Below, piece by piece: positions 1 to 12,288 of a stretch of DNA of 64,000 nt. The translations under genes were made by a program, and so were the position numbers. The notes below the pieces were generated by a model. It did not search any database and had not been told where the DNA came from. It saw nothing but the letters and a program-made list of their open reading frames with translations. Source of the stretch: Phenylobacterium sp. (GTDB lineage: Bacteria; Pseudomonadota; Alphaproteobacteria; Caulobacterales; Caulobacteraceae); NCBI GenBank assembly GCA_003136395.1, contig PLEH01000283.1, positions 5,208 to 69,207 on the forward strand, given 5' to 3'. Position 1 is the first letter of the stretch. The number at the start of each line of letters is the position of its first letter.

Positions 1-2643
1 GATCTCGAGCCCGGCGCCCTCTACGAGGCCCTGGCCATCGCCGATATCCAGGCTGCGGCCGACCAGTTCCGCCCGGTCTATGACCGGCTGGGCGGCGCGG
101 ACGGCTATGTCAGCCTGGAGGTCTCGCCCTACCTGGCGATGGACACCGAGGCCACGATCGCCGAGGCCCGACGGCTCTGGCGCGCCGTGGACCGGCCGAA
201 CCTGATGATCAAGGTCCCGGGGACCGACGCCGGGACGCCCGCCATTCGCCAGCTGATCGGCGAAGGCCTCAACATCAACGTCACCCTGCTGTTCGGCCTG
301 GACGCCTACCTGGCGGTGGCCGACGCTCATATGGCGGGCCTGGAGACCCTGATGGCCGCCGGCGGCGATTTCTCCCGCGTCCGCGGCGTGGCCAGCTTCT
401 TCGTCAGCCGCATCGACACCCAGATCGACCAGGCGATCGACCGACGCCTCGCAGCGGGCGCGGGCGTGCAGGCGGGCCATCTGAAAGCCCTCCGCGGCAA
501 GGTCGCCATCGCCAACGCGAAGGTCGCCTATCAGCGCTATCTGGAGATGCTCGAGACGCCACGCTGGCAAGCGCTGGCCGCGGCCGGAGCCGCGCCACAA
601 CGGCTGCTGTGGGCCTCTACCGGGACCAAGGATCCGGCCTATTCGGACATCCTCTACGTCGAGACCCTGGTCGGCCCCGACACCATCAACACCATGCCGG
701 TCAAGACCCTGGACGCGTTCCGCGACCATGGGACGGTGCGGCCGAGCCTCACCGAAGGACTAGATGCTGCGAACGCCGTCCTGGCCGACGCCGAGCGGCA
801 GGGCCTGGACCTGGACGGCGTGACCGATCGCCTGGTGGTCGACGGCGTGCGGCAATTCGCCGAGGCCTTCGACAAGCTGCTGGCCGCCGTGGCGTTCAAA
901 CGCGCCGAGATTCTGGGCGCTCGCCAGAACCGACAGGCGATCACCCTGCCGTCCGGCCTGCAGGGGTCGGTGGATGAGGCGTCGGAGCGGGCGCGGGCGG
1001 AGGGGTGGGGTCGGCGCCTGTGGGCCGAGGATCCGACCCTGTGGACTGGCTCCAATGAGGCCGAAGGGCTGGGTTGGCTCGCGGCCGCGCGGGGCGCGAC
1101 GGTCGACCTCGGGGCGCTGGAGGCTTTCCAGGCCGAGGTGAAGGCCGACCATTTCGCCCATGCGGTGCTATTGGGCATGGGCGGGTCGAGCCTGGGCCCC
1201 GAAGTCCTGGCCGAGACGTTTGGGGCGCAGCCCGGGTTTCCGACGCTGCTGGTGCTCGACTCCACCGATCCCGCCCAGATCCGCCGCCTCGAAGCCCAGA
1301 TCGATCCAGCCACAACCCTGTTCATCGTCGCCAGCAAGTCCGGTTCGACGCTGGAGCCCGACCTGCTGCATCGGTATTTCTTCGAGGTCGCCACCGCAGC
1401 GCTGGGCGAGGCCGAGGCGTCCCGCCATTTCATCGCCATCACCGACGCCGGCTCCCCCCTTGAGGAGACCGCCAGGCGCCAGCGCTTTCGCCGGATCTTC
1501 CCGGGCCTGCCCAAGGTCGGCGGCCGATATTCCGTGCTCACCAATTTCGGCATGGTCCCCGCCGCGGTCATCGGCCTCGACCTGGGCGGCTTCCTGAGCG
1601 CGAGCCAGGTCATGGCGCGCGCGTGCGGACCCAGCGCCCCGCCAGCCGCCAACCCCGGCGTCCAGCTGGGTCTCGTGCTGGGCGCCGCGGCCAAGGCAGG
1701 TCGCGACAAGGTCACCATCCTGGCGTCCGAAGGGATCGCTGGCCTAGGGGCCTGGCTGGAGCAATTGCTCGCCGAGTCCACCGGCAAGGGCGGCCGGGGT
1801 CTCATCCCCGTCGATGCCGAGCCCTGCGGCGCGTGGGAGGTCTATGGTCCGGACCGCCTCTTCATCGACATCCGGCTCGCCGGCGACCCCGCGCCGGAGC
1901 GCGACACGCTCGTCCAGGCCCTCGTGGACCGCGGCCACCCCGTCGTGCGCATCACCTTGGCCAGCGGTGACACGCTCGGACAGGAGTTCTTCCGCTGGGA
2001 GATGGCCACGGCGATCGCCGGGGCGGTGATCGGCCTCAATCCGTTCGACCAGCCCGACGTGGAGGCCAGCAAGGCCAGGACCCGCGACCTGACCGATGCC
2101 TACGAGCAGACCGGAGACCCGCCGCCCGTCGAGCCGATCGCGCGCGGCGACGGGCTCGCCCTCTTCGCCGATGCGCGCAACGCCGACGCCCTTCGCCAGT
2201 CCGCCTCGCGCGCCGCCGTCGAGGCCATTCTCGCGGCGCATTTCTGCCGCGCCCATGACGGCGACTACATCGGATTGCTGGCCTATCTGGATCGCAGCCC
2301 CGAGCACATCGCCGCGCTGCAGGAGGTGCGAAGCTTCATTCGAGATCGCAAGCAGCTGGCCACGGTTCTGGGCTTCGGCCCGCGTTACCTGCATTCCACC
2401 GGCCAGGCCTACAAAGGCGGGCCCAACGCCGGCGTATTCCTGGAAATCACCGCCCAGCCTACCGACGACATCGCCGTCCCGGACCGCCACTTGAGCTTCG
2501 GCGTCGTCGAGGCGACGCAGGCGGCTGGCGACCTGGAGGTCCTGGCGGAGCGCGGCCGGCGCGTCCTGCGGCTCGATCTGGGCCGCGACATCGAAGGCGG
2601 CTTGCAGCGGATGGCGCGCGTCGTCGAGCGCGCCTTGAGTTGA
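1..2643 (+). CDS. Bifunctional transaldolase / glucose-6-phosphate isomerase (5'-partial)
   Basis: Frame open from base 1 ([13 protein letters not shown]); transaldolase motifs [28 protein letters not shown]; PGI half [29 protein letters not shown]. Confidence 0.92.
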   Translation, partial: DLEPGALYEALAIADIQAAADQFRPVYDRLGGADGYVSLEVSPYLAMDTEATIAEARRLWRAVDRPNLMIKVPGTDAGTPAIRQLIGEGLNINVTLLFGLDAYLAVADAHMAGLETLMAAGGDFSRVRGVASFFVSRIDTQIDQAIDRRLAAGAGVQAGHLKALRGKVAIANAKVAYQRYLEMLETPRWQALAAAGAAPQRLLWASTGTKDPAYSDILYVETLVGPDTINTMPVKTLDAFRDHGTVRPSLTEGLDAANAVLADAERQGLDLDGVTDRLVVDGVRQFAEAFDKLLAAVAFKRAEILGARQNRQAITLPSGLQGSVDEASERARAEGWGRRLWAEDPTLWTGSNEAEGLGWLAAARGATVDLGALEAFQAEVKADHFAHAVLLGMGGSSLGPEVLAETFGAQPGFPTLLVLDSTDPAQIRRLEAQIDPATTLFIVASKSGSTLEPDLLHRYFFEVATAALGEAEASRHFIAITDAGSPLEETARRQRFRRIFPGLPKVGGRYSVLTNFGMVPAAVIGLDLGGFLSASQVMARACGPSAPPAANPGVQLGLVLGAAAKAGRDKVTILASEGIAGLGAWLEQLLAESTGKGGRGLIPVDAEPCGAWEVYGPDRLFIDIRLAGDPAPERDTLVQALVDRGHPVVRITLASGDTLGQEFFRWEMATAIAGAVIGLNPFDQPDVEASKARTRDLTDAYEQTGDPPPVEPIARGDGLALFADARNADALRQSASRAAVEAILAAHFCRAHDGDYIGLLAYLDRSPEHIAALQEVRSFIRDRKQLATVLGFGPRYLHSTGQAYKGGPNAGVFLEITAQPTDDIAVPDRHLSFGVVEATQAAGDLEVLAERGRRVLRLDLGRDIEGGLQRMARVVERALS

Positions 2644-2662
2644 TGGATCGAGGATAGAAGCC

Positions 2663-3646
2663 ATGCAGGTAGGCGTCATCGGACTGGGCCGCATGGGCGG
2701 CAACATCACCCGACGGCTGATGGCGGGAGGCCACCGGTGCGTGGTCTACGACCGCGACCCGGCGGCGGTCGCCAAGCTCGCGCAGGACGGCGCGGCCGGC
2801 GCCCGAGACCTCCCCGACCTGGTGAGCCAACTCCACACGCCCCGCGCCGTCTGGGTGATGCTGCCGGCCGGCGAGCCAACCGACGCCACCGTCACCACGC
2901 TCGGTGAGCTTATGGGCTCTGCCGACACCGTGATCGACGGCGGCAACACCTTTTACCGCGACGATATCCGCCGGGCGAAGGCGCTGTGGCCCAGGGGTGT
3001 CACCTATATCGACGTCGGCACCTCCGGCGGCGTCTGGGGGCTGGAGCGCGGCTACTGCATGATGGTCGGCGGAGATCCGGCCGCGGTCGCGCGGATCGAT
3101 CCGATTCTCGCCACCCTGGCCCCCGGCGTCGGCCAGATCTCGCGCACCCGCCGGCCGGTCGGCTCGGACCCGCGGACCGAGCAGGGCTACATCCACGCCG
3201 GGCCCGTGGGCGCCGGCCACTTCGTCAAGATGGTCCACAACGGCATCGAGTACGGTCTCATGCAGGCCTATGCCGAAGGCTTCGACATCCTGCAGAACAA
3301 GGCCTCCGAAGCCTTGCCTGAGGATGAGCGCTATGACCTCAACCTCACTGATATCGCTGAGGTCTGGCGCCGCGGCAGCGTGATCTCGTCGTGGCTGCTC
3401 GACCTCACCGCCCAGGCGCTCGCCGGCGACGAGCGGCTGGCGGGATACACCGGCGCGGTCGACGACAGCGGCGAAGGCCGCTGGACCATCGATGCGGCGA
3501 TCGAGGAAGCCGTCCCCGTCAACGTCCTCTCCGCGGCGCTCTTCGCCCGGTTCCGCTCCCGAGAGGCGCATACCTTCGGCGAGAAACTGCTCTCGGCCAT
3601 GCGCTTTGGCTTCGGCGGCCACGTGGAACCGGCGGCCGAGGGATGA
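2663..3646 (+). CDS. gnd: 6-phosphogluconate dehydrogenase, decarboxylating (short YqeC type)
   Basis: IGLGRMG Rossmann, [29 protein letters not shown]. Confidence 0.93.
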   Translation: MQVGVIGLGRMGGNITRRLMAGGHRCVVYDRDPAAVAKLAQDGAAGARDLPDLVSQLHTPRAVWVMLPAGEPTDATVTTLGELMGSADTVIDGGNTFYRDDIRRAKALWPRGVTYIDVGTSGGVWGLERGYCMMVGGDPAAVARIDPILATLAPGVGQISRTRRPVGSDPRTEQGYIHAGPVGAGHFVKMVHNGIEYGLMQAYAEGFDILQNKASEALPEDERYDLNLTDIAEVWRRGSVISSWLLDLTAQALAGDERLAGYTGAVDDSGEGRWTIDAAIEEAVPVNVLSAALFARFRSREAHTFGEKLLSAMRFGFGGHVEPAAEG

Positions 3647-5181
3647 CCCCTAAGCGTCAGGCGGCCAGGGCGCGGCGCGTCCCGCCAGCCCCGCCGTGCG
3701 TGATGGTGATCTTCGGCGCGGGCGGCGACCTGGCCAAGCGCCTGCTGGCGCCGGCGCTCTGCAACCTGGCGCAGGCCGGGCGCCTCGACGGCGGCTTCAA
3801 GGTGCTTGGGGTCGATCACAACGCCAAGGACGATGCCGCCTTCGCCGCCGGCCTTGGCGCCTTCCTGCGCGAGCTCGCCGCCGAGGGCGACGGGGCGTCC
3901 GGCCCCACCAAGGTCGCGGCCACGGCCTGGAAATGGCTGGAGGAGAGGCTGTTCTACCAGGCCGGGGATTTCGAGGACCCGGCGACCTATTCGGCGCTCG
4001 CCGCCCGCCTCGCGGCGCTTGGCGGCCAGGGCGGCGGCAATGCGCTGTCCTACCTGGCCGTGGCGCCGCGGTTCTTCGGCGACATCGTCGAGCGCCTCGC
4101 CGGGGCGGGCCTGACCCGCGAGCCCAGGCGCGGCTTCCGGCGCGTGGTGATCGAGAAGCCGTTCGGGACCGATCTCGCCTCCGCCCAGGCGCTCAACGCC
4201 CGCCTCGGCAAATGCCTGGAGGAGCGTCAGATCTATCGGATCGACCACTTCCTGGGCAAAGAGACCGTCCGCAATATCCTGGTGACCCGGTTCGCCAACG
4301 GCGTGTTCGAACCCCTGTGGAACCGGCTGCACATCGACCACGTGCAGATCACCGCCGCGGAGACAGTCGGGGTGGAGGGGCGCGGCGGCTACTACGACCG
4401 CGCCGGCGCCTTGCGCGACATGGTCCCCAACCACCTGTTCCAGCTGCTGGCGATGACGGCGATGGAGACGCCGAACGCCTTCGAGGCCGAGGCCGTGCGG
4501 GCGGAAAAAGCCCGGGTGGTCGAGGCGGTGCAACTCCAGTCTTCGAGCGAGGCGCTGGCCAATTCCGTGCGCGGGCAATACCGCGCCGGCCAGGTGCAGG
4601 GCCACGAGGTCGCAGACTACCGACGCGAACCCCGGGTGGCGGCTCACAGCCGCACTGAGACCTACGTGGCGCTGAAGGTCACGATCGACAACTGGCGCTG
4701 GGCGGGCGTGCCGTTCTATCTGCGCACCGGCAAGGCCCTGGCGGCGCGGGACACGAGTGTCGCGATCCGGTTCAAGCGGGCGCCGGGGCGCCTGTTCGGC
4801 GCGTTCACGGGCTCGCCCGCCGCCAACACCCTGATCCTGCAGATCCAGCCGCATGAAGGCGTCTCGCTGGCCTTCGAGGCCAAGCGGCCTGGCCCCGAGG
4901 TCGAGCTCGCGCCGGTCCGCATGGACTTCCGCTACGCCGACTATTTTGCAGCCGCGCCGGCCACGGGCTACGAGACGCTGCTCTATGACGCGATGATCGG
5001 CGACGCCACCCAGTTCGCCGGCGCCCGGGAGATCGAGTTCGCCTGGCGCGCGGTGGAACCGTTCCTGCAGGCCTGGGAAGATGGCGGCAGAGTCCACGGA
5101 TACGCCGCCGGCGCGGCGGGTCCGCGACAGGCCGACGATCTCATGGCCCGCGACGGCCGGGCTTGGCGGTCGATCGGATGA
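3643..5181 (+). CDS. zwf: Glucose-6-phosphate 1-dehydrogenase
   Basis: ATGA overlap with gnd; [33 protein letters not shown]. Confidence 0.93.
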   Translation: MTPKRQAARARRVPPAPPCVMVIFGAGGDLAKRLLAPALCNLAQAGRLDGGFKVLGVDHNAKDDAAFAAGLGAFLRELAAEGDGASGPTKVAATAWKWLEERLFYQAGDFEDPATYSALAARLAALGGQGGGNALSYLAVAPRFFGDIVERLAGAGLTREPRRGFRRVVIEKPFGTDLASAQALNARLGKCLEERQIYRIDHFLGKETVRNILVTRFANGVFEPLWNRLHIDHVQITAAETVGVEGRGGYYDRAGALRDMVPNHLFQLLAMTAMETPNAFEAEAVRAEKARVVEAVQLQSSSEALANSVRGQYRAGQVQGHEVADYRREPRVAAHSRTETYVALKVTIDNWRWAGVPFYLRTGKALAARDTSVAIRFKRAPGRLFGAFTGSPAANTLILQIQPHEGVSLAFEAKRPGPEVELAPVRMDFRYADYFAAAPATGYETLLYDAMIGDATQFAGAREIEFAWRAVEPFLQAWEDGGRVHGYAAGAAGPRQADDLMARDGRAWRSIG

Positions 5182-6041
5182 CGACCCTCACGGAGCCCAG
5201 ACCCAAGGCCCGCGGCCCGATCGCGCTGCTGATCGCCGATGTGGATGGAACCCTGGTGACGTCGGACAAACTCCTGACGCCGGCTGCGATCGACGCAGCT
5301 CGCCGTCTGGGCGAGGCGGGGGTGGGCTTCACCATCGTCTCCAGCCGCCCGCCCAGGGGCATGGCGCCGATCGTCGAACAACTCGACATCACCCTGCCGT
5401 TCGCCGCCTTCAATGGCGGCAGCCTGGTGACGTCCAACTTGGAACTGATCAAGGCGCATCGCCTGCCGCAGGATGTGGCGCGCGCGGCGCTGGCTCTGTT
5501 GACGGCGCGAGGTGTGGACGCCTGGGTCTACGCCGACGGCGATTGGCGGGTGCGTGACCCGGCCGGGATCCGGGTTCCGCACGAGCGGGTCACGCTCGGA
5601 CACGGCCCGATGCAGGTCCAGGGTTTCGAAGACGTGATGGGACGTATCGACAAGCTGGTCGGCGTCTCGGACGACCCTGTGCTGTTGGCGTCGGTCGAGG
5701 CCGCAGCGCGACAGCTGCTGAACGCGAGGGCGACGATCAACCGCTCGCAGACCTACTATCTCGATTTCACCCATCCCAAGGCCAACAAGGGCGAGGCCGT
5801 CAGGAGCCTCTGCCAACGGATCGGCGTGGACCTTCGTCGGACCGCGGTGATTGGAGACATGATCAACGACGTGGCGATGTTCGCCCAGGCGGGCTTTTCC
5901 ATCGCCATGGGCAATGCCACGGCCGAGGTGAAGGCCCAGGCGACCGTGGTCGCCGAGACCAATGAAAACGACGGCTTCGCCAAGGCGGTGCACCGGTTCG
6001 TTCTGCGCCCAGCCGCCGCGGCCATGGGAGGACAGACGTGA
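5178..6041 (+). CDS. Cof-type HAD-IIB hydrolase
   Basis: DVDGTL motif I, NKG, GDMINDVAMF; ATGA overlap with zwf. Confidence 0.88.
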   Translation: MTTLTEPRPKARGPIALLIADVDGTLVTSDKLLTPAAIDAARRLGEAGVGFTIVSSRPPRGMAPIVEQLDITLPFAAFNGGSLVTSNLELIKAHRLPQDVARAALALLTARGVDAWVYADGDWRVRDPAGIRVPHERVTLGHGPMQVQGFEDVMGRIDKLVGVSDDPVLLASVEAAARQLLNARATINRSQTYYLDFTHPKANKGEAVRSLCQRIGVDLRRTAVIGDMINDVAMFAQAGFSIAMGNATAEVKAQATVVAETNENDGFAKAVHRFVLRPAAAAMGGQT

Positions 6042-6979
6042 CCCCGCGCATACAAGAGATCTTAAGTTGGTACGGCGCCGACAACCCAGGCACGCTGAGC
6101 AATCTGGCCCGTCTGTTGAACCATGGCCGGTTGGGCGGCGCCGGCAAGCTGGTGATCCTGCCGGTCGACCAGGGCTTCGAACACGGGCCAGCGCGGTCAT
6201 TCGCCCCAAATCCACCGGCTTACGACCCGCGCTATCATTTCGACCTGGCGATTGAAGCCGGCTGCAGCGCCTACGCCGCGCCTTTGGGGTTCCTGGAGGC
6301 CGGGGCCCGCGATTTCGCCGGCGAGATTCCGCTGATCCTGAAACTCAGCGCCGCCGACACCCTGCGCGGCGACAAGGACCCGAGCCAGGCCCAGATCGCG
6401 AGCGTGCAAGACGCCCTTCGATTGGGGTGCTGCGCCATCGGCATGACCATCTACCCCGGCTCCGCTCACGAACTGGAGATGTATGAACACCTGCGCGCTC
6501 AGGCAGAGGAGGCCAAACGCCAGGGGCTGGCGGTCGTCGTCTGGTCCTATCCCCGCGGCTCGTCCTTGAGCAAGGAAGGTGAGACCGCGCTCGATGTCGT
6601 CGGCTACGGTGTCCAGATCGCGGCCCAGCTTGGAGCCCACGTCATCAAGGTCAAGCTGCCGACCGCCCACCTCGAAGAGGCCGCCGCGCGCAAGGTCTAT
6701 GAGGACCTGCATATTCCGATCGCCACCCAGGCCGAACGGGTCCGCCATATCGTCGATTGCGCCTTCGCCGGCCGCCGCATCGTCATCTTCTCGGGCGGCG
6801 CGGCGGAGTTCGATGAGGACAAGCTGCTGGACGAAATTCGTTCGATCCATGCGGGCGGCGGCTTCGGCTCGATCCTTGGCCGCAACTCCTTCCAGCGGCC
6901 GAGAGCCGAGGCGTTGCATATGCTGGGCGCGGTGATGGATATCTATGCGGCGGCGCCGACCGCGGCCCGGACGCCATGA
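6038..6979 (+). CDS. fbaB: Class I fructose-bisphosphate aldolase (FbaB/DhnA family)
   Basis: [35 protein letters not shown]. Confidence 0.88.
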   Translation: MTPRIQEILSWYGADNPGTLSNLARLLNHGRLGGAGKLVILPVDQGFEHGPARSFAPNPPAYDPRYHFDLAIEAGCSAYAAPLGFLEAGARDFAGEIPLILKLSAADTLRGDKDPSQAQIASVQDALRLGCCAIGMTIYPGSAHELEMYEHLRAQAEEAKRQGLAVVVWSYPRGSSLSKEGETALDVVGYGVQIAAQLGAHVIKVKLPTAHLEEAAARKVYEDLHIPIATQAERVRHIVDCAFAGRRIVIFSGGAAEFDEDKLLDEIRSIHAGGGFGSILGRNSFQRPRAEALHMLGAVMDIYAAAPTAARTP

Positions 6980-7143
6980 GCGCCGCCAAGTCGATCATCG
7001 TCGCGCCGTCGAACCTCTCGGCGGACTTTGGACGGCTGTCCGACGAGGTTCGGGCCGTGGATGCGGCCGACGCAGACTGGACCTATGTCGACGTCATGGA
7101 TGACCGCTTCGCGCCAAACATCACCATCGGGCCGGCACCCTAG
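6976..7143 (+). pseudogene. rpe: Ribulose-phosphate 3-epimerase N-terminal fragment (55 aa)
   Basis: Own translation: [55 protein letters not shown]; matches Rpe start (APSILSADF..HVDVMDGHFVPNITIGP) but truncated and both His replaced. Confidence 0.85.
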
Positions 7144-8492
7144 AAACGCCAGTTCAGGCCCGCGCCGAGCACGAAGGCGTCGCCGCTGACCGTGCCGCGC
7201 AGGGAAACGGGCGTGGCCACCGGCGTTCCGGCGAAGGCCACGTCGTTGCGGTTCACCCGGCTCTTGGCGAACGCAATGTAGTCGGCATTTATCTCGACCG
7301 TCGCGCCGCCCGAGAGCGTGTGGCTTGCCCCGAGTCCGAACAGCCACCGGTCGCCGTCGGGGACCCGCGTGCTGCGGCTGGCGTCAGGCGTCGGGGTCGG
7401 GTCGCGCTGCACGCCGCCGCGCAGGGTCCAGTCTGGCGCGAGCGCGTAGTCCGCGCCGAGCGCGACAGTCGTCGTGGACCGGTAGTCCTGCGGCGTGACC
7501 TGCGTGGCGCCGGCGAGTTTGACGGTGATGGCCCTAAACTGGCTCCAGTCGACCCGTTGGACCTGGGCGTTGAGCCACAGCCGGTCGGTCGCCTTCCAAC
7601 GGGCGCCGAGCGTCGCCATGGCGGGCGTGTTGAACGTCGCCGCACCGGCGGCCGCAAGGTCGGAGCCGGCCAGCGGACCGAGCAGCCCTGCGACCGATAC
7701 ATCACCGCGCAAGGTGTGGCCGATCTTCGAGCGGTAGCTGGCCGCAAGCGTCAGCCGGTCGCTCGGATGATATTGCGCGCCGGCGTCCCAGCCGTAGTCC
7801 CAGCCATGGCCGGACAGCCGCTGCAGCGCGTCGGGCGCGAGGGGCAAAAGGTTGGGCAGCGCCTGGGTCAGGGTCGCGCTCGCATATTGCGCGTCCAGGC
7901 CCAGGCCCAGATCGAGGTGATCGGACACACGCGCCGCGCCGAGGACTTCGACGTTGGCGTCGGTCACGCGTGACTTCAGCGCGTCGTAGCGCGTCCAACT
8001 CGCGCCGCCGTACTTGTTGGTGAAGTTGAACGGCGCGGTGACCGAAAATCCGATCGCAAAGCGGTCGCCCAGGGGATAGGCGACCCCGGCGCTGGGCGCG
8101 ACGCCCGGCTGCAGGGTCTTCGATTGCCGGGGCTGGCCGCCGACCGAGGCGGGTGACTGGCCCGGACGCTGAAGCGTCGATCCGGCGTCATCCACCCGAG
8201 CGTCAACCAGGATAGCCTGGCCTCCGACATAGGCCTGCGGGGTCCGAAGTTGCGCGATCGCCGCCGGGTTCCACCAGATGGACTCGACGCCAGTATCCGC
8301 CGTCTCTCCGGAATAGGCGCGACCGGCGCCGCGGGCGGACTGCTCTTGAATGTAGAAGCCCGCCGCGCTGGCCGGTGTGGCGGTCAGGCCGCCCAACCCG
8401 AGGCCGGCGCCGAAGAGCGCCGCCCAACCGACGGTCACCCAAGCCTTGGATCTTTGGCCGTCCGCGCGGCGTGTCGTTTCGGGGTAGTCCAT
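7140..8492 (-). CDS. OmpP1/FadL family outer-membrane transporter
   Basis: [32 protein letters not shown]-terminal LNWRF; ATG at 8492 has AGGA RBS. Confidence 0.88.
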   Translation of the reverse strand: MDYPETTRRADGQRSKAWVTVGWAALFGAGLGLGGLTATPASAAGFYIQEQSARGAGRAYSGETADTGVESIWWNPAAIAQLRTPQAYVGGQAILVDARVDDAGSTLQRPGQSPASVGGQPRQSKTLQPGVAPSAGVAYPLGDRFAIGFSVTAPFNFTNKYGGASWTRYDALKSRVTDANVEVLGAARVSDHLDLGLGLDAQYASATLTQALPNLLPLAPDALQRLSGHGWDYGWDAGAQYHPSDRLTLAASYRSKIGHTLRGDVSVAGLLGPLAGSDLAAAGAATFNTPAMATLGARWKATDRLWLNAQVQRVDWSQFRAITVKLAGATQVTPQDYRSTTTVALGADYALAPDWTLRGGVQRDPTPTPDASRSTRVPDGDRWLFGLGASHTLSGGATVEINADYIAFAKSRVNRNDVAFAGTPVATPVSLRGTVSGDAFVLGAGLNWRF

Positions 8493-8763
8493 GTGATCGT
8501 TCCTTTGGACTTGGAAGAGTCGTCTGTGACAGTCCTCACTCGCCACGCGTCGGCGGCGTCGGCGGCGCGGGCGAGACGGTGGTGCGTCGGCCAGCCTCGA
8601 TGTCGCGGAGGTGACGCGCCCGCGCGATCGCGGAACGTCGCCTCACCCGGCGCCGCACCGAACGACGCTCTGGAAGCGTGAGCGCCGGCCGCCCTTCACG
8701 TCGGTGAGCTTCGGAGGCGCCGCCGACGCACCGCACCTGATGAATTCCTTGTCCCACCTCATA

Positions 8764-8782
8764 TATATCGTGAGGCGATATA
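8764..8782. promoter_or_regulatory. AT-rich inverted repeat TATATCG-N5-CGATATA upstream of fadL; candidate operator
   Basis: Perfect 7-bp arms in an AT-rich patch. Confidence 0.3.
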
Positions 8783-9039
8783 ATTCAATGCAAAGGATAG
8801 AATGAGGCGCGGTTGGCCCGGGGAGGAGGCGCCGCGCGACTGTCAAACGGCGTCCAATCGGGACCCCCGATCGCCGCCTGAGAGCGACCCCCTTGGCGCT
8901 GATGTTTGCAGTCGCCCGGCGGCGTAGCGTGGAGCATTTGCGTAGTGCAGCGCCTCGCCGTCGGGCGCACCCGTCACGTTTGTTTCAGGAGCGGTTCTTG
9001 ACCCGCCAGCTATTGTTGTTTGTCTCGAAAATGTCGCAG

Positions 9040-9200
9040 TGGTGCGTGAGCCCAGCGACCACCTCGAAGGTGGCGTCCAGCTTGGAGGACCTCCGGTAGT
9101 TCGCCCCGCCTTTGCCAGCGTGGTGGACGAGGATGGTCGCGACCCCGGCGGATTTCATTCGCAGGAGGACGTGCAGCGCGGCCCGCGCGACCCTGAACAA
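9040..9200 (-). pseudogene. Remnant of AAA_25/RepA-like helicase-ATPase
   Basis: ATILVHHAGKGGANYRRSSKLDATF resembles the HHxxK..RGSS motif; no Walker A or start context. Confidence 0.5.
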
Positions 9201-9272
9201 GGCGTGGTCTGGATGCTCTCGAACACCCTTTCTGGCCCGCCGTCGGCGCGGCCGCGCCTCGGCTTTGCAGGG

Positions 9273-11549
9273 TCAAGGCGCCGGGCGGACGGGCACTGGC
9301 TGAGACAGTGTCTCGCGCGGCTTGGTCCAGAGCGAAAGATAGCCCAAAGCCACCGCGATGGTCAGCGGCGCGGCGCCGGCGAAGATGAAGACCAGGTCGC
9401 CGGGCATCCGTAGCCACTCCAGGGTGCGCGCCAGGGGCGTTGCGGTATAGGCGAGGCTGCGGGCATGCCAGTAGCCGTGTTCCACCACGTCCAGCACCTG
9501 CATGACGCCGCCCGGAAACAGGCTCAGCAGCACCATCAGCGCCAGGCCCGCATTGAGGCCGACGAAGGCGACACGGATGAGCTTCTCCAGCCTGGGCCAG
9601 ACCGCCTCTGACGCGGTCTCGCGCAGGACGAACACCATCAGTCCCGCGCCCAGCATGCCGAACACGCCCATCATCGCCGCGTGGCCGTGGTTGGGCGTGA
9701 GGATGGTGCCCACCTCGTAGTAGCTGACGATGGGGGTGTTGATCAGGAAACCGAACACCCCGGCGCCGAGGAAATTCCAGAAGCCGACCGCCATCAGGAA
9801 GAAGAAGGTCCAGCGATGGCGCTGAACGATGCCGTCGTCGCCACGCGTGACCTTGACGAAATCCCACGCGTCCAGGGTGATCAGAGTCAGGGGCACGACC
9901 TCCAGGGCCGAGAACACCGCCGAGATCGCCAGGTTGAGCTCGGTCTGGCCGGTCCAGTACCAGTGATGGCCGGTGCCGATCAGGCCGCCGCCGAAGTAGA
10001 GGATCGCATCCAGATAGATGGTGCGAAGCGCGCTGATCCGCTTCACCAGGCCCATTTCATAGAAGATCACCGCCACGATCACTGTGACGAAGAACTCAAA
10101 GAACCCCTCGACCCACAGGTGGATGATCCAGAACCGCCAAGCATCGACGATCGTGTAGTTGGTCTCGGCCCCAAAGAAGAGCGCCGGCAGGTAGAACAGC
10201 GGAATGGCGAAGGCGGCGATCAGGAAGAAGTTGGCGAACCCGCGCCGCTCGGGATCCTTCCGCGCCGGCGCAACGGCCCGCCAGATCAGGAAGAACCAGA
10301 ACAGCAGGCCCACGGCCAGCAGCACCTGCCAGAACCTGCCGATCTCGAGATACTCCCAGCCCTGGTCGCCCAGCCAGAACCACGACTTGGGCAACCATCC
10401 GGCCAGGGACGCCCATTCGCCCAGCAGGCTGCCCACGGCGACGACGGCGATCGCGACGAACAGGATGTTGATGCCCAGGGTCTGGCGGCGGGGGCTGTGC
10501 CGCCCGAGCAGCTCCGCGACGAACAGGGCGCCGCCCACATAGGAGGTGGCGATCCAGAAGATGGCGGTCTGCAAGTGCCAGGCGCGCAGCAGATTGCTGG
10601 GAAAGATCACCGTCAGATCAAGCCCGTAAAACGAACCTGGCTCCGCGCGGTAGTGCGCCACGCCCGCGCCGATCAGCGTCTGCCCCAGGAACAACAGGAC
10701 GGCCACCAGCATGAACTTCAAGGTGGCGCTCTGCGACCGGCTGAGGCGCCAGGCCGGCGGGGGCGAAGGCTCGCCATGCCAGCCCAGATAGTCGAACTTG
10801 CCGAAAGCCAGCAGCACAATGGCGGTGCCGCCCAGCAGGAAGATGAAGCTGGCCGCGCTCCACAGCAGCGCCGCGCCCACCGGATGATTGCCGGCCAGCG
10901 GGTCGTAGGGAAAGTTGTTGGTGTAGGAGTGCGTCGTGCCTGGCCTCTGGGTCACCGCGCTCCAGGCCGCCCAGGTGAAGAACGCCGTCAGATCGTGCAG
11001 TTCCTTCGGGTCGCTGACCGCCCGGACCGGCAGGCCGCCGTTTCCGGCCGGGACCTCGAAATACCGCTTCCAGAGAGCGATCTCGTTCTGAAAGGTCTCC
11101 GCGCCCGCGGGCAGCAGGGTCAGGGTGTCGGTGGCGGCGTCATAGCGGTTGACCTTGAGAAGGGCGGCGACCTCGCCGTCCACCGCGCCGCGCTGCACCA
11201 CATCCAGCGCCGCGTAGTCCTTCGAAAACCGGGTGCGCGCCGTGCGGGCCGCCAGGTCGACGGCCCAATCGTGCAGCACCGTCGCGCTGAAGTCAGGCCC
11301 CAGATAGCCGCCGTGGCCCCAGATGGTGCCGTTGTCCATCAGGCCATGCTTGAGGAAGACGGCCTGACCGTGCCGGACATCGTCGCCGGTGAACAGCACC
11401 GCGCCGGCCGGATCGGCCGTGCGCCCGGCCACCGGCGGCGCGTTCCTGTAGGCCGTGAAGGTCAGCAGGATCAGCACGCCGAAACCCAGGACGAACGTCA
11501 GGGCGACCGCGCGGCCCCACCAGGGCGACAGCTGCTGCGTCTCGGACAT
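9273..11549 (-). CDS. norB: Quinol-dependent nitric oxide reductase (qNor)
   Basis: RAWHLQ, HLWVEGFFE, GTGHHWYW, SALEVVPL, HGHAAMMG; N-terminal periplasmic domain with GTIWGHGGYLGPD. Confidence 0.93.
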   Translation of the reverse strand: MSETQQLSPWWGRAVALTFVLGFGVLILLTFTAYRNAPPVAGRTADPAGAVLFTGDDVRHGQAVFLKHGLMDNGTIWGHGGYLGPDFSATVLHDWAVDLAARTARTRFSKDYAALDVVQRGAVDGEVAALLKVNRYDAATDTLTLLPAGAETFQNEIALWKRYFEVPAGNGGLPVRAVSDPKELHDLTAFFTWAAWSAVTQRPGTTHSYTNNFPYDPLAGNHPVGAALLWSAASFIFLLGGTAIVLLAFGKFDYLGWHGEPSPPPAWRLSRSQSATLKFMLVAVLLFLGQTLIGAGVAHYRAEPGSFYGLDLTVIFPSNLLRAWHLQTAIFWIATSYVGGALFVAELLGRHSPRRQTLGINILFVAIAVVAVGSLLGEWASLAGWLPKSWFWLGDQGWEYLEIGRFWQVLLAVGLLFWFFLIWRAVAPARKDPERRGFANFFLIAAFAIPLFYLPALFFGAETNYTIVDAWRFWIIHLWVEGFFEFFVTVIVAVIFYEMGLVKRISALRTIYLDAILYFGGGLIGTGHHWYWTGQTELNLAISAVFSALEVVPLTLITLDAWDFVKVTRGDDGIVQRHRWTFFFLMAVGFWNFLGAGVFGFLINTPIVSYYEVGTILTPNHGHAAMMGVFGMLGAGLMVFVLRETASEAVWPRLEKLIRVAFVGLNAGLALMVLLSLFPGGVMQVLDVVEHGYWHARSLAYTATPLARTLEWLRMPGDLVFIFAGAAPLTIAVALGYLSLWTKPRETLSQPVPVRPAP

Positions 11550-11897
11550 GCGACTGCCTTCCTGAAGGTCAATGTTCGTCAAGGCCTGACAGCCACGCCC
11601 GCATAGCTTTCCCCGTTTGAAAGCACCGCCTCATCCTTGGACCAGAAAGGGCGCGGTCAATACGAACAGGAAGCGGATGACAACTCTGTTTGCGCCCTGC
11701 ACTTGGCGCGCGAAAACGGCCGAGTGCAACCAAAAGAGGCCGTGACTTCCAGTGACGGCGCCAAAGACCGTGACGAGGCTCACAGCGAGCATGATCTGAT
11801 GGAAGCGCTCCATCCGATCGAATGGAGCGCCTGTTGGCCAGCCCTGTGCGGAAGGCGAAGAAAAGCCGTTAGACTTCAATCCTAAGCCTTCCTCCCC

Positions 11898-12284
11898 TCA
11901 CGGGCTGAAAGCGATGCGCAGGGTGGCTACGATGCCGGCGGATGCGAGGGCGAGGCAGCCCAGGCGAACCGCAATCACCGCCGCGAACTTCACGTTCGAA
12001 TGGAGGTAGTCCTCGACCACCACCTGCAGGCCCAAGGCCGTGTGGTGGAAGAGGGCGAGCAGAAGCACGATCATCGCGAGGCTGGCGAGTGGTGTCTTCA
12101 GCCACCCGATGACGGTGGCGTAGTCGCCGCCGGCGTGGGCGATGATCGCGCCCAGGAACCACAGCGTCAGCGGCACAAGGGCGACGGCGGAAACGCGTTG
12201 CGCCCACCAGTGTTTAGCGCCGACCTTGGCCGATCCGAGCCCCTGAGCCCGCGCCAGGGGCGAACGCATGTCGCTGCCGTCCAC
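11898..12284 (-). CDS. sdhD: Succinate dehydrogenase membrane anchor subunit
   Basis: GLGSAKVGAKHWWAQRVSA, HTALGLQVVVEDYLH. Confidence 0.9.
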   Translation of the reverse strand: MDGSDMRSPLARAQGLGSAKVGAKHWWAQRVSAVALVPLTLWFLGAIIAHAGGDYATVIGWLKTPLASLAMIVLLLALFHHTALGLQVVVEDYLHSNVKFAAVIAVRLGCLALASAGIVATLRIAFSP

Positions 12285-12288
12285 GGTT

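Noticed and set aside
9273-11549. qNor as an NO dismutase (Nod)
   Set aside because: All FeB His ligands and both catalytic Glu are canonical (HLWVEG, GHH, SALE); Nod-type substitutions are absent
11564-11613. NnrR or FNR box upstream of norB
   Set aside because: TCAAT-N4-GTCAA has two mismatches and CTTTC..GAAAG has the wrong spacing
11631-11879. 82-aa hydrophobic ORF between sdhD and norB
   Set aside because: Non-ATG start, no recognisable motif or RBS; cannot be supported
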